In this document: positions 28,736 to 38,203 of the stretch, piece after piece
Position numbering within the stretch: the stretch's first letter is position 1
Layout of the letters: each line of letters opens with the position of its first letter
NCBI GenBank assembly: GCA_050486265.1
Contig: JBJHCY010000005.1
Coordinates: 3,375-67,374 of the forward strand
DNA from: Phycisphaerales bacterium
GTDB taxonomy: Bacteria > Planctomycetota > Phycisphaerae > Phycisphaerales > UBA1924
Reading direction: 5' to 3'
DNA: 64,000 nt
Made by a program: the position numbers and the translations under genes
Notes under the pieces: model-generated
Seen by the model: the letters and a program-made list of their open reading frames with translations, nothing else
Database searches by the model: none
Told to the model about the DNA's origin: nothing

Positions 28736-30391
28736 TCACCCAAGCACCCGTCCGCCGTTGACCGGTCGGCCCGAAGCGAGCGAGGCCCGGAAGGCCTTCT
28801 CCAGCTTCGTCTCGCGGACGCGGGTCTGGTCGGGCCGGATCGGGACGATCAGGCTGAACATCGAGCCCTGCCCGACCGCCGAATCGACCTGGATCTCGCC
28901 CTGCAGGATCGTCGCCAGTTCCCGCGCGATCGCCAGGCCGAGGCCGGTGCCGCGATGCTCGCGCGTGTGTCCCGTCTCGATCTGGTGGAACTTCTCGAAG
29001 ATCCTCGCCTGCTCCTCGGGCGGGATGCCCGGGCCCGTGTCGATGACCGAGATCCGCACCGCGTCGGCGTCGCCGGCGCTGGCGGCGATCAACCGCTCGG
29101 CGCGTACCGTGATCCGCCCCGGACGACCGGTCCGCTCGGCCGGCTCGATGAACTTCACCGCGTTGCTCAGGAAGTTGAAGATGATCTGCTGGAACCGCTT
29201 GTGGTCGGTGCGGATCACCGGCAGCTCCCGCGGCACATCCACGATCACCTCGATCCCCTTGCGCGAGGCCTGCGGATGGATCAGGGCCGCCAGCGTCTCG
29301 CACGCCTCGCGCAAGACCAGCGGCTCGAAACGCAGCTCGACCCGCCCCGCCTCGATCTTGGCCATCTCCAGCAGGCTCTCGATCATCTCCAGCAGTCCCC
29401 GGCCCGCGTCAACAATGTTGGACAGGTAACGCAGACGCTTGGCGGTGTGCGCGTTGTCGGGGTTCTCCTTGGCCTCCTGGCTCGCGATCTCCTGCAGCAG
29501 CTCGGCGAAGCCGATGATCGAGTTCAGCGGCGTGCGCAGCTCGTGGCTGACATTGGCGAGAAAGTCCGCCTTCAGGCGGTTCGCCTCGTACAGCACGCTG
29601 TTGGCTTGGGCCAGCTCGTTGAGCTTGAGGTCGAGGGCGCGATTGACCGACCGCTGCTGGTCGTGGGCGGTCTGGAGCTCGCTGAGCATCCCGTTGAACG
29701 CCTCGGCGAGTTCCTGGTACTCGTCGCCGGTGCGGATGTCCGAACGCGTGCCGAGGTCGCCCTCTTTCACCTTCTCGGCGGTTTCGCGGAGTTGGCGGAC
29801 CGGACCGAGCACGAGCTTGTGGGTGATGAGATAGAACACCACGATCGCCGGGGCGAGGACCACCAGCCCGGCGCTCAGCTGATACACCGTGTTGACCACC
29901 AGCGCCGTCGCCGTGTCGTCGGAACGCTGCTCGATCACCAGGAGGCCCGCGAGGCGCTGCCCGCTCTCGGTCGGGCCGACGGCCCGGTAATAGCTGTACA
30001 CCCGAACGATGCCGTCCCAGCTCGACCACATCCGCTCGCGACGGGTCGGGTCGTCTTCGAAGTAGACAAGGGCTCGGGCGTGCAGCGGGTCGTCCTCGGC
30101 GGCCGCCTCGGCCTCCTCGACGGTCAAGCGGCGCACGCGGATGCCCCCGTGCTCGACGGCGCCCCGCTCGTCGAGGCTGCGGGGGAGGCCCTGCTCGACC
30201 GCCCGGGCGTCGAGCCGCTGCCAGGTGTCCATCTTCTGGCGGAGCAGCTCGCGCTGGCGGTCCTCGACCAGGGCGTTCATCCGAAGCCACGGGGGCGCCA
30301 GGGCGGCCAGCACGATCAGCACCACCGCCCCGCCGAAGAGCAGGAGGCACTTGTTGGCCAGCGAGAGTTTGCGGGGCAGACGCAGACGCAT
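28736..30391 (-). CDS. Membrane sensor histidine kinase (HAMP-HisKA-HATPase), no adjacent response regulator
   Basis: H-box LKADFLANVSHELRTPLNSIIGFAELL; HAMP-like GPVRQLRETAEKVKEGDLGTRSDIRTGDEYQELAEAFNGM; G-boxes VIDTGPGIPPEE and GTGLGLAIAREL. Start re-set to MRLRLPRKLSLANKCLLLFGG at 30391. Confidence 0.88.
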   Translation of the reverse strand: MRLRLPRKLSLANKCLLLFGGAVVLIVLAALAPPWLRMNALVEDRQRELLRQKMDTWQRLDARAVEQGLPRSLDERGAVEHGGIRVRRLTVEEAEAAAEDDPLHARALVYFEDDPTRRERMWSSWDGIVRVYSYYRAVGPTESGQRLAGLLVIEQRSDDTATALVVNTVYQLSAGLVVLAPAIVVFYLITHKLVLGPVRQLRETAEKVKEGDLGTRSDIRTGDEYQELAEAFNGMLSELQTAHDQQRSVNRALDLKLNELAQANSVLYEANRLKADFLANVSHELRTPLNSIIGFAELLQEIASQEAKENPDNAHTAKRLRYLSNIVDAGRGLLEMIESLLEMAKIEAGRVELRFEPLVLREACETLAALIHPQASRKGIEVIVDVPRELPVIRTDHKRFQQIIFNFLSNAVKFIEPAERTGRPGRITVRAERLIAASAGDADAVRISVIDTGPGIPPEEQARIFEKFHQIETGHTREHRGTGLGLAIARELATILQGEIQVDSAVGQGSMFSLIVPIRPDQTRVRETKLEKAFRASLASGRPVNGGRVLG

Positions 30392-30450
30392 CGCGCGAGT
30401 GTATCCGGACGCGGGCCGCCTCCGGCGAGGGCTCGGCTTCGCCTTCGCCC

Positions 30451-30614
30451 GGGGCGCTGGGCGCAGGGCGCGGGGCGCTGGGGGTGGAGGCGGCCTTCGG
30501 CCGCAGATTACCGATGCGTTCCGGAGCTCTGAACCCCAGCCTCGGCCGCAGGCCGAAGCCACCCCTGCGCCCGGCACCCCGCGCCCAGCACCCCGCGCCC
30601 AACGCCCAGCGCCC
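30451..30614. repeat. Composite palindromic intergenic repeat, copy D (full, arms expanded)
   Basis: GGGGCGCTGGGCGCAGGGCGCGGGGCGCTGGGGG...GCGGCCTTCGGCCGC...GAACCCCAGCCTCGGCCGCAGGCCGAAGCCACCCCTGCGCCC...CCCCGCGCCCAGCACCCCGCGCCCAACGCCCAGCGCCC. Lies between the divergent kinase and miaB starts. Confidence 0.8.
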
Positions 30615-30642
30615 AACAATCCGCCCGCATAGAGTTGCAGCC

Positions 30643-32301
30643 ATGCCCGCCGGACGCGTCTATCTCGAAACTTTCGGCTGCCAGATGAACGAGCTGGACT
30701 CGGAGCTGGTCCGGGGCCGCCTCGCCTCGCTGGGCTACCGCTTCACGCCCGACCCGGCCGAGGCGGATGTCGTGCTGTACAACACCTGCTCGGTCAGAGA
30801 GCAGGCCGAGCAGAAGGTCTGGAGCCGCCTGGGCGACCTCAAGACCCGCAAGGCCGAACGCCCCGAGACCGTCGTCGGCGTGCTCGGCTGCATGGCCGAA
30901 CGCGACGGGCAGGACCTCATCAAGCGGATGCCCGTGGTCGACATCCTCTGCGGCCCAGGCGAGCTTGACAAACTCCCAGAGCTCATCGACAACGCATTGC
31001 GGACCCGCCTCTCCCTCGGCGCCGACCGCTCGGCTTCGCAGGTCGCGCTGCAGGGGAGCACCTCGCGCCGGAGCGCCACGCTGGCGGCGGCTCAGGACGA
31101 TCTTGAGCTGCTCGACCTCTCCCGCGCGATCTCGCCGACAGACCATGCAGGCTCGGCGTATGTCCGCATCACACGCGGGTGCAACAAGTTCTGCACCTAC
31201 TGCGTCGTGCCCTTCACGCGCGGGGCCGAAGTGCACCGCCCGCCGGACCACATCGTCGACGAGTGCAAGAGGCTCGCCGACGCGGGCGTGATCGAGGTCA
31301 CCCTGCTCGGCCAGACCGTGAACCACTACCGCTACGAAGACGGGGCGGCGGTGACGGTCAACGGGATGCTCCAGCCGCAGAAGGGACGGATCTACAAGGG
31401 CGCCTCGGCGGACGGCCGGCGCACAGACGCCTTCGCGGGCGAGCGGGTCACGACCTTCGCGGATCTGCTCCGGCGCATCCACGACGAGGTCCCCGCGATC
31501 AAGCGCCTTCGCTTCGTGACCTCGTACCCCCGCGATTTCGGCGACGATGTGCTGGAGGTGATGCGCGACCACCCGCGGATCTGCCGTTATCTGCATGTTC
31601 CTGCCCAGTCCGGCTCCGACCGGATGCTCAAGATGATGAACCGGGGCTACACCGTCGCCGAATACGACGAGTTCATCGTCCGCGCCCGGCATTACCTCGA
31701 CCAGCCCGAGCTCGGCCGCCCGCTGATGATCTCGGGCGACATCATCGTCGGCTTCCCCACCGAGACCGACGAAGACTTCGAGGCGACCAAGGCCCTCCTC
31801 CAGCGCAGCCGCTACAAAAACTGCTTCATCTTCAAGTACTCACCCAGGCCCGGCACCGTCGCCTACGACCGCATCCCCGACGATGTCCCCGACGAGGTGA
31901 AGCGCCGGCGCAACAACGAGCTGCTGGCGCTGCAGACCGGGATTTCCGAAGCGATCGGTCGTCAGCAGGTCGGGCGCGAGTTCGAGGTGTATGTCGAGGG
32001 CCCCAGCCGCAGGGCGAAGAAGAAGGCCGGCCTCAAGAAGTCGAGCCTCCGCAACAAGGCCAACCACACCGTCTCGCTGACGGTCTCCGGGCGCGACCCG
32101 GGCGAGGCCGACACCCACGCGCAGGTCGCCTCGATCGACGCCGATGGCCCCGTCCAGCTCAGCGGGCGGACCGACGGCGACCAGATCGTCTTCTTCGACA
32201 CCCCCGATGGCCGCTCCCCGGCGGACTTCATCGGGCGCCTCGTGAAAGTCCGCGTCGACGCGGCCCAGGGCATGTCGCTCGCGGGCTCGCTGATCGGGTG
32301 A
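30643..32301 (+). CDS. miaB: tRNA-i6A37 methylthiotransferase MiaB (radical SAM)
   Basis: MPAGRVYLETFGCQMNELDSE (UPF0004 domain), radical SAM CNKFCTYCVVP, C-terminal TRAM-like region. Start re-set to ATG 30643; the track extension MEAAFGRRLP... is encoded by repeat copy D. Confidence 0.92.
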   Translation: MPAGRVYLETFGCQMNELDSELVRGRLASLGYRFTPDPAEADVVLYNTCSVREQAEQKVWSRLGDLKTRKAERPETVVGVLGCMAERDGQDLIKRMPVVDILCGPGELDKLPELIDNALRTRLSLGADRSASQVALQGSTSRRSATLAAAQDDLELLDLSRAISPTDHAGSAYVRITRGCNKFCTYCVVPFTRGAEVHRPPDHIVDECKRLADAGVIEVTLLGQTVNHYRYEDGAAVTVNGMLQPQKGRIYKGASADGRRTDAFAGERVTTFADLLRRIHDEVPAIKRLRFVTSYPRDFGDDVLEVMRDHPRICRYLHVPAQSGSDRMLKMMNRGYTVAEYDEFIVRARHYLDQPELGRPLMISGDIIVGFPTETDEDFEATKALLQRSRYKNCFIFKYSPRPGTVAYDRIPDDVPDEVKRRRNNELLALQTGISEAIGRQQVGREFEVYVEGPSRRAKKKAGLKKSSLRNKANHTVSLTVSGRDPGEADTHAQVASIDADGPVQLSGRTDGDQIVFFDTPDGRSPADFIGRLVKVRVDAAQGMSLAGSLIG

Positions 32302-32459
32302 GGACGGATGGGGCTGCGATGACGGATCGGACCCGACCCTTCGCGTTGCTCAGGGATCGGCGTCATGCCCACGCGGCGGATCACGCGCCCGGCAGCGATA
32401 CGCGCAACCCGGACGCCGACCTCTGAGCGCAGCGAAGAGTCGGGTCGATCCGGCTCCCG

Positions 32460-33980
32460 TCAATCCCCCAGCGCCTGCCTGTAAAACTCCGCCGCATCGA
32501 CCTTGAGCTTCTCAAGGTCCGCGACCCGCAGGTACATCATGTGCCCAGCCTCGTAGTGGCTCAGCATCACCTGCTCGCGAAGCTCGGGGTCGAGCTGCAT
32601 GTGGCTGATGGTGTACTCGGCCGCGAAGTGCGGCGTCGCCAGGTCGTAATACCCGCAGGCGAACCACGCGTGCAGATCGCGGTTCCGGTTCATCGCGCTC
32701 CGCAGATTCTCGGCGAGGTTCGCGTAGCGGTTCTGGTCCTGCGCGTAGCTCCACGGGCGGACGCGTCCGGTCAGGATCTCGTAGGGATGGTCGTTGACAT
32801 ACTTCAGCTCGCGGCGCATGTAGTCGTTCAGCGCGGTCGAATACGGGCCGAGAATCGCCGAATAGCTCGGGTCGTACTCGTAGCGGTCGCCGACATCGAG
32901 GCGGTCGCGCCCCTTGTACCGCGAGTCGAGCCGCCCGACCGTCCGGCCCTCGTCGCGCAACAGTTCCTTCGTGAATCGGAAGATGTCGATCCGCAGGTCC
33001 GTCTGCTCGATGTACTTCTTCGAAAGCCCGGTGTAGCGGGCGAGCTTCGAGGCGATCTCGTCGCGCTCGCGCTGGGTCAGCCGGTCGCCCTTGGCCAGCG
33101 CCACGAGATACTCCGTCTCGGCGAACGCCTCGACCTCGTCCAAGAGCGCCCGCAGATCGTCAGAAAGCGCCGGCTCCAGACGCCCGTGGTAGAACGCCGT
33201 CGCCGCGTAGGTCGGCAGGAAGAGCCAGTACGGCATCTCGTTACCGACATTGAACCGGATCGTCTGAAAGTTCAGCACCGGGCTCACGAGGATCACCCCG
33301 TTGAGGTACATCCCGTGCGTTTCCTGCAGGTAGCTGCTCAGGCCGGCGGCACGCGTCGTGCCGTACGACTCGCCGATCAGGAACTTCGGGCTCGACCACC
33401 GCTCGTTGCGGGTCACCCAGAGGCGGATGAACTCCCCCACCGCCTCGATGTCCTCGCGCAGCCCGAAAAACTCGGTCGGACGCACGCCCTCCTCCGCGCG
33501 GCTGTAGCCCGTCCCCACCGGATCGATGAAGACCATGTCCGTCAGGTCCAGCCACGAGAACTCGTTGTCCACCACGCGCCCGGGCGGGGGCAGGGGCATG
33601 CCCTCGTCGTCCATTAGCACGCGCCGGGGGCCCAGCGTCCCAAGGTGCAGCCAGACCGACGACGAGCCCGGCCCGCCGTTGAAGCTGAAGGTCAGGGGCC
33701 GGTCCTCGGGCCCGTGGTCGCCGTCGAGCGTGTAGGCGATGAACGAGAGCTCGGCCCGGGTCTTGCCGTCGTAGGCGGGCAGCTCCATCCGCCCCGCCAT
33801 GGCGGTGTAGGAAAGCTCCCGCCCGTCGATCGTCACCGTGTGGTGGGTGACGCTCGGCGCGTCGGCGACGCGGAACGAAAGGTCGACCGCCGGTTTGTCA
33901 TCCCCGCCCAGCGCGGGGAACATCCACACAGCCATGCCGAGCGAAACAGCACAGAACCGATGCAACACCTTCGAACGCAT
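32460..33980 (-). CDS. Secreted S10-family serine carboxypeptidase-like protein
   Basis: Signal-peptide-like N-terminus, FSFNGGPGSSSVWLHLGTLGP and nucleophile elbow FLIGESYGTTRAAG, both typical of peptidase S10. Confidence 0.8.
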   Translation of the reverse strand: MRSKVLHRFCAVSLGMAVWMFPALGGDDKPAVDLSFRVADAPSVTHHTVTIDGRELSYTAMAGRMELPAYDGKTRAELSFIAYTLDGDHGPEDRPLTFSFNGGPGSSSVWLHLGTLGPRRVLMDDEGMPLPPPGRVVDNEFSWLDLTDMVFIDPVGTGYSRAEEGVRPTEFFGLREDIEAVGEFIRLWVTRNERWSSPKFLIGESYGTTRAAGLSSYLQETHGMYLNGVILVSPVLNFQTIRFNVGNEMPYWLFLPTYAATAFYHGRLEPALSDDLRALLDEVEAFAETEYLVALAKGDRLTQRERDEIASKLARYTGLSKKYIEQTDLRIDIFRFTKELLRDEGRTVGRLDSRYKGRDRLDVGDRYEYDPSYSAILGPYSTALNDYMRRELKYVNDHPYEILTGRVRPWSYAQDQNRYANLAENLRSAMNRNRDLHAWFACGYYDLATPHFAAEYTISHMQLDPELREQVMLSHYEAGHMMYLRVADLEKLKVDAAEFYRQALGD

Positions 33981-34106
33981 CTCGCGCCTCCTGAATCTCT
34001 GTCAGAATCCCGTCGGTCGCGGCATGGTACCGAAACCCACGCCCGAAGGCGGCACGCGCCCCGCGCAGCCCTCCCCGGGCGGACCCCAAGCCGCAGAGGA
34101 CCACGC

Positions 34107-34940
34107 GTGAGCGATCAAACCACACCCCCAAGTCCAGACTTTCATCCCGACCCCCAACAAGAAGCCCAGATCCGACGCATCGCCGCCATGCTCGCCCAGG
34201 CGGAGCGTGTTGTGGTCCTGACCGGGGCCGGCGTCAGCGCCGAGAGCAAGATCCCCACCTTCCGCGACGCCATGGAGGGCCTCTGGGCCAGCTTCGACCC
34301 CCAGTCCCTCGCGACCCCCGAGGGCTTCGCCGCAGACCCCGAAACCGTCACCAGGTGGTACGACTTCCGACGCATGAAGTGCCGCGAGGCCGAGCCCAAC
34401 CCCGGCCACCTCGCCCTCGCCCGGATGGAGCGCGAGCTCCAAGCCCGAGAACGCGAGTTCATCCTGCTCACCCAGAACGTCGACGGCCTGCACCGGCGCG
34501 CCGGCAACCGCTCGGTCGTCGAGCTCCACGGCTCGCTGGAAGTCTGGCGATGCGTCGAGACCGGCCAGGAATTCCGCGACCTGCCCGCGCCGTTCGAGAC
34601 CTACCCGCCCCGCACCGATCGCGGCACGATGCTCCGCCCCGGCGTCGTCTGGTTCGGCGAGATGCTGCCGCCCGAAGCGATCGAGACCGCCGGCGACCGC
34701 CTCGACGCCTGCGACCTGTTCTTTGCGATCGGCACCAGCGCGACGGTCTACCCCGCGGCCGGTTTCTCCGACCTTGCGCGTGCCGCCGGCGCGAAAACCG
34801 TCGAGATCAACCCCGACGCGACGCCGGCCTCCGGCCATGTCGACGAGAGCGTCAGAGCCCGGTCCGGCGCCGTGCTGCCGGGCATCGTCGAGCTTGCGTT
34901 CGGCGCAGCGAGTGAACCCGGGCGGGGCGGGACGGATTGA
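34107..34940 (+). CDS. cobB: NAD-dependent protein deacylase (Sir2/CobB family), zinc-ribbon cysteines mostly absent
   Basis: LTGAGVSAESKIPTFRD, TQNVDGLH, VELHGS (catalytic His), FFAIGTSATVYPAAG. A GTG start at 34107 was chosen and is uncertain. The stop overlaps the next gene's start (TTGA). Confidence 0.82.
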   Translation: MSDQTTPPSPDFHPDPQQEAQIRRIAAMLAQAERVVVLTGAGVSAESKIPTFRDAMEGLWASFDPQSLATPEGFAADPETVTRWYDFRRMKCREAEPNPGHLALARMERELQAREREFILLTQNVDGLHRRAGNRSVVELHGSLEVWRCVETGQEFRDLPAPFETYPPRTDRGTMLRPGVVWFGEMLPPEAIETAGDRLDACDLFFAIGTSATVYPAAGFSDLARAAGAKTVEINPDATPASGHVDESVRARSGAVLPGIVELAFGAASEPGRGGTD

Positions 34941-36595
34941 AGGGGAGCAAGCCCAGCCAGCTCCCCGGCGCAGGCCTGGACAGCACCGTCTGCCGCAGGC
35001 TGGTCTTCGTGTTCGGCGATCAACTCGCCGACAGCACCTCGGCGTTCGAAGGGTTCGACGACGAACGCGATGTCATCCTCATGGCCGAGTGCGACGCCGA
35101 GACCGGCCTCGGCGATGGGAAGTCCAAGCACGCCGGGCGGAGCCACAAGCAGCGCATCGCCGTCTTCTTCAGCGCCATGCGCCATTTCGCGATCGCCCAG
35201 GCCGACAAGGGCCGACGCGTCCGCTACATCCGCGTCAACGACCCCAACAACACGCACGGCTTTACCGGCGAGCTCGAACGCACCCTCAAACAACTCTCGC
35301 CCGACGAGATCGTCGTCACCCGCCCCGGCGAGTGGCGCGTGCTCGACGAGGTCGAGGCGTGGGAAGACCGCTTCGGCGTCCCCGTCCGCCTTTGCGAGGA
35401 CGACCACTTTTGCACCACACCCGCCGAGTTCTCGCAGTGGGCCTCGGGACGCAAACAGCTCGTCATGGAGTACTTCTACCGCGAGCAGCGCAAGAAGCTC
35501 GGCGTCCTCATGGACGCCAAGGACCCCGTCGGCGGCGAGTGGAACTTCGACAAAGACAACCGCGAATCGTTCAAAGCCGCGCCCCGCGTCCGCCCGCCCA
35601 AGTGGGCCGAGCCCGACGAGGTTACGCGCGAAGTGATCGAGCTCGTCAACCGGCGCTATCCCGACGCGCCCGGCCGCCTCGACGCCGATCGCTTCATCTG
35701 GCCCGTGACTCGCTCGGACGCCCTGCGCTGGCTCGACGAGTTCATCGACACGCGCCTCGCCAGGTTCGGCCCCTACGAAGACGCGATGTGGACCGGCCAG
35801 CCCTACCTCTACCACTCGATGCTCTCGGTCGCCCTGAACCTCAAGCTCCTCGACCCGCGCGAGTGTGTCGACAAAGCCCTCAACGCCTACAAGAGCGGCA
35901 AGGCGCCCATCAACTCCGTCGAGGGCTTCGTCCGCCAGCTCATCGGCTGGCGCGAATTCATCCGGGGCGTCTACTGGCACGAGGGCCCCGCCTACCGCGA
36001 CCGCAACAGCCTCGCCCAGCACGGAAACCTCCCCGAGTTCTACTGGACTGGGGAGACGGACATGCGCTGCATGGCCGAAGCCGTAGCGCCCGTGCTCGAC
36101 CACGCCTGGTGCCACCACATCCCGCGCCTGATGATCCTCTCAGGCTTCGCCATGATGGCTGGCGTGCACCCCAGACAGGTCGGCGACTGGTTCTACGGCA
36201 TGTTCGCCGATTCGGTCGACTGGGTCACCACGCCCAACACCATCGGCATGGGCATGTATTGTGACGGCGACTCCAAGCGTCCCGGCGTTGTCGGCACCAA
36301 GCCCTACGCCGCCAGCGGCAAGTACATCGGACGCATGAGCAACTACTGCGAGCACTGCAAGTACGACAACACCCGGCGCACCGACAGCGACGACGAAAAC
36401 GCCAAGCCCGCCTGCCCCTTCAACACCATCTACTGGGACTTCCTCATCCGCCATCGCGAACGATTCAAGCGCAACAACCGCATGGCGATGATCCTGAAGA
36501 ATGTCGACAGGATGAGCAAAGACGAGCGCGCCGAGATCACCGTCGCGGGCAGGAAACTCCGAAAGAAACTCGGTGTCGGCCCCATTTCGGGATGA
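34937..36595 (+). CDS. FeS-BCP / CryPro-type cryptochrome-photolyase (PhrB/CryB-like, putative (6-4) photolyase)
   Basis: RLVFVFGDQL...SHKQRIAVFFSAMRHF...GEWNFDKDNRESF...HHIPRLMILSGF...WVTTPNTIGM, and four Cys placed as in the [4Fe-4S] ligands (MRC..., NYCEHC..., ACPFN). TTG start at 34937 is uncertain. Confidence 0.85.
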   Translation: MKGSKPSQLPGAGLDSTVCRRLVFVFGDQLADSTSAFEGFDDERDVILMAECDAETGLGDGKSKHAGRSHKQRIAVFFSAMRHFAIAQADKGRRVRYIRVNDPNNTHGFTGELERTLKQLSPDEIVVTRPGEWRVLDEVEAWEDRFGVPVRLCEDDHFCTTPAEFSQWASGRKQLVMEYFYREQRKKLGVLMDAKDPVGGEWNFDKDNRESFKAAPRVRPPKWAEPDEVTREVIELVNRRYPDAPGRLDADRFIWPVTRSDALRWLDEFIDTRLARFGPYEDAMWTGQPYLYHSMLSVALNLKLLDPRECVDKALNAYKSGKAPINSVEGFVRQLIGWREFIRGVYWHEGPAYRDRNSLAQHGNLPEFYWTGETDMRCMAEAVAPVLDHAWCHHIPRLMILSGFAMMAGVHPRQVGDWFYGMFADSVDWVTTPNTIGMGMYCDGDSKRPGVVGTKPYAASGKYIGRMSNYCEHCKYDNTRRTDSDDENAKPACPFNTIYWDFLIRHRERFKRNNRMAMILKNVDRMSKDERAEITVAGRKLRKKLGVGPISG

Positions 36596-36644
36596 TCACA
36601 GGATGATCTCGGGCTGACCGCCAAGCGGCAGAGAAAGGACCCCC

Positions 36645-38087
36645 ATGCGGGCGCTGGTCTGGTTCAGGTGCGACCTTCGGATGCGCGACAACACCGCCCT
36701 CGCCGAGGCGTCTTCCGCCTCCGATGGCGGCGTCGTCGGCGTTTTCACCATCTGCCCCGACCAGTGGCGCGAGCACGACTGGGGCCCGATGAAGGTCAAC
36801 TTCCTGCTGCGCAACCTCCGCGAGCTCTCGGCCTCGCTCGCCTCGGTCAACATCCCGCTGAAGATCCTCACCACACCCCGCTTCGACACCGTGCCAAACG
36901 CGCTCGACAAACTCGCGGCCGAGTGCAAGTGCGACGCGCTCTACTTCAACCGCGAGTACGAGGTCAACGAGCAACGGCGCGACGAGCGGGTCGAGGCCGT
37001 GTTCAGAAAGGCCGGGCGAAAGGTCTACCCGCTGCACGACAAGATCCACTTCCCGCCCGGCGAACTCCGCACCCAGCAGGGCGGGTGGTACACCGTGTTC
37101 TCCCCGCTCAAAAGGTCGTGGCGCGAGGCGTTCAAGGCGACCCCGGATGGCGAAGGATGCAAGAAGGTCCGGCGGGCGCCGTCGGCGAGGCCCGACACAG
37201 GTATCAAGCCCGACAAGATCCCCGAGAGAATCGAAGGCTTCGACCCCGAAACCGACCGCCCCGATCTCTGGAAGGCCGGCGAAGACCACGCCAGAGACCG
37301 ACTCCGCGCCTTCATCGACGCGCGCATCGACGACTACAAAGACAAGCGCGATTTCCCCGGGATCAACTCGACCAGCACCCTCTCGCCCTACCTCGCCCTG
37401 GGCGTCGTCTCATCGAGGCAGTGTGTCGAGGCGGCGAGGGCCGCCAACGACGGACAGATCGACTCGGGATCCAGGGGCGTCGTCCACTGGATCGACGAAC
37501 TGGTCTGGCGCGAGTTCTACCAGCACATCCTCGCCGGCTTCCCCCGCGTCTCGATGGGCCAAGCCTTCAAGCGCGAGTACGACCGCGTCGTCTGGGACGA
37601 AGACGAGGACGCGTTCGAGGCGTGGAAGGAAGGCCGCACCGGCTACCCGATCGTCGACGCGGCGATGCGCCAGCTCAACCAGACCGGCTGGATGCACAAC
37701 CGCCTGCGCATGATCGCCGCCTCGTTCCTCACCAAGGACCTCTTCCTCGACTGGCGCAAGGGCGAGCGATACTTCATGAACCGCCTCGTCGACGCCGACC
37801 TCGGCTCCAACAACGGCGGGTGGCAGTGGTCGGCCTCGACCGGCACCGACGCGCAGCCCTACTTCCGCATCTTCAACCCGACCGCCCAGAGCGAGCGCTT
37901 CGACCCCGAGGGCGGCTTCATCCGCCGCTTCGTCCCCGAGCTCAAGAACCTCGACAGCCGAGAGATCCACGCCCCCTACGAGCGGGCGGGCGCCCTCTTC
38001 GCCAAGCTCGACTACCCCGAGCCGATCGTCGACCACAAGCGGGCGCGGGAGCGGGCGATCAAGGCGCTCGAGTCGGTCAAGCCCTGA
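36645..38087 (+). CDS. phr: Class I CPD deoxyribodipyrimidine photolyase
   Basis: [19 protein letters not shown]...[14 protein letters not shown]...[39 protein letters not shown]...[30 protein letters not shown] (shown with one Glu omitted: the ORF reads WKEGRTGYP). Confidence 0.9.
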   Translation: [480 protein letters not shown]

Positions 38088-38126
38088 ACGCGCCCGCCGA
38101 ACCCGCCGACCGAACCAACGACCCGC

Positions 38127-38159
38127 AAAAAAGCAACGGCCCGGCGGGAAGCCGGGCCG
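38127..38159 (-). terminator. Rho-independent terminator after rplT (weaker in the + direction for phr)
   Basis: 9-bp stem CGGCCCGGC / GCCGGGCCG (38137-38145, 38151-38159). On the minus strand it is followed by UUGCUUUUUU, 45 nt past the rplT stop. Confidence 0.6.
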
Positions 38160-38203
38160 CTGTTGATTTCAAACTATCGATCTCGACCGGCGCCGCCGGA
38201 GCC

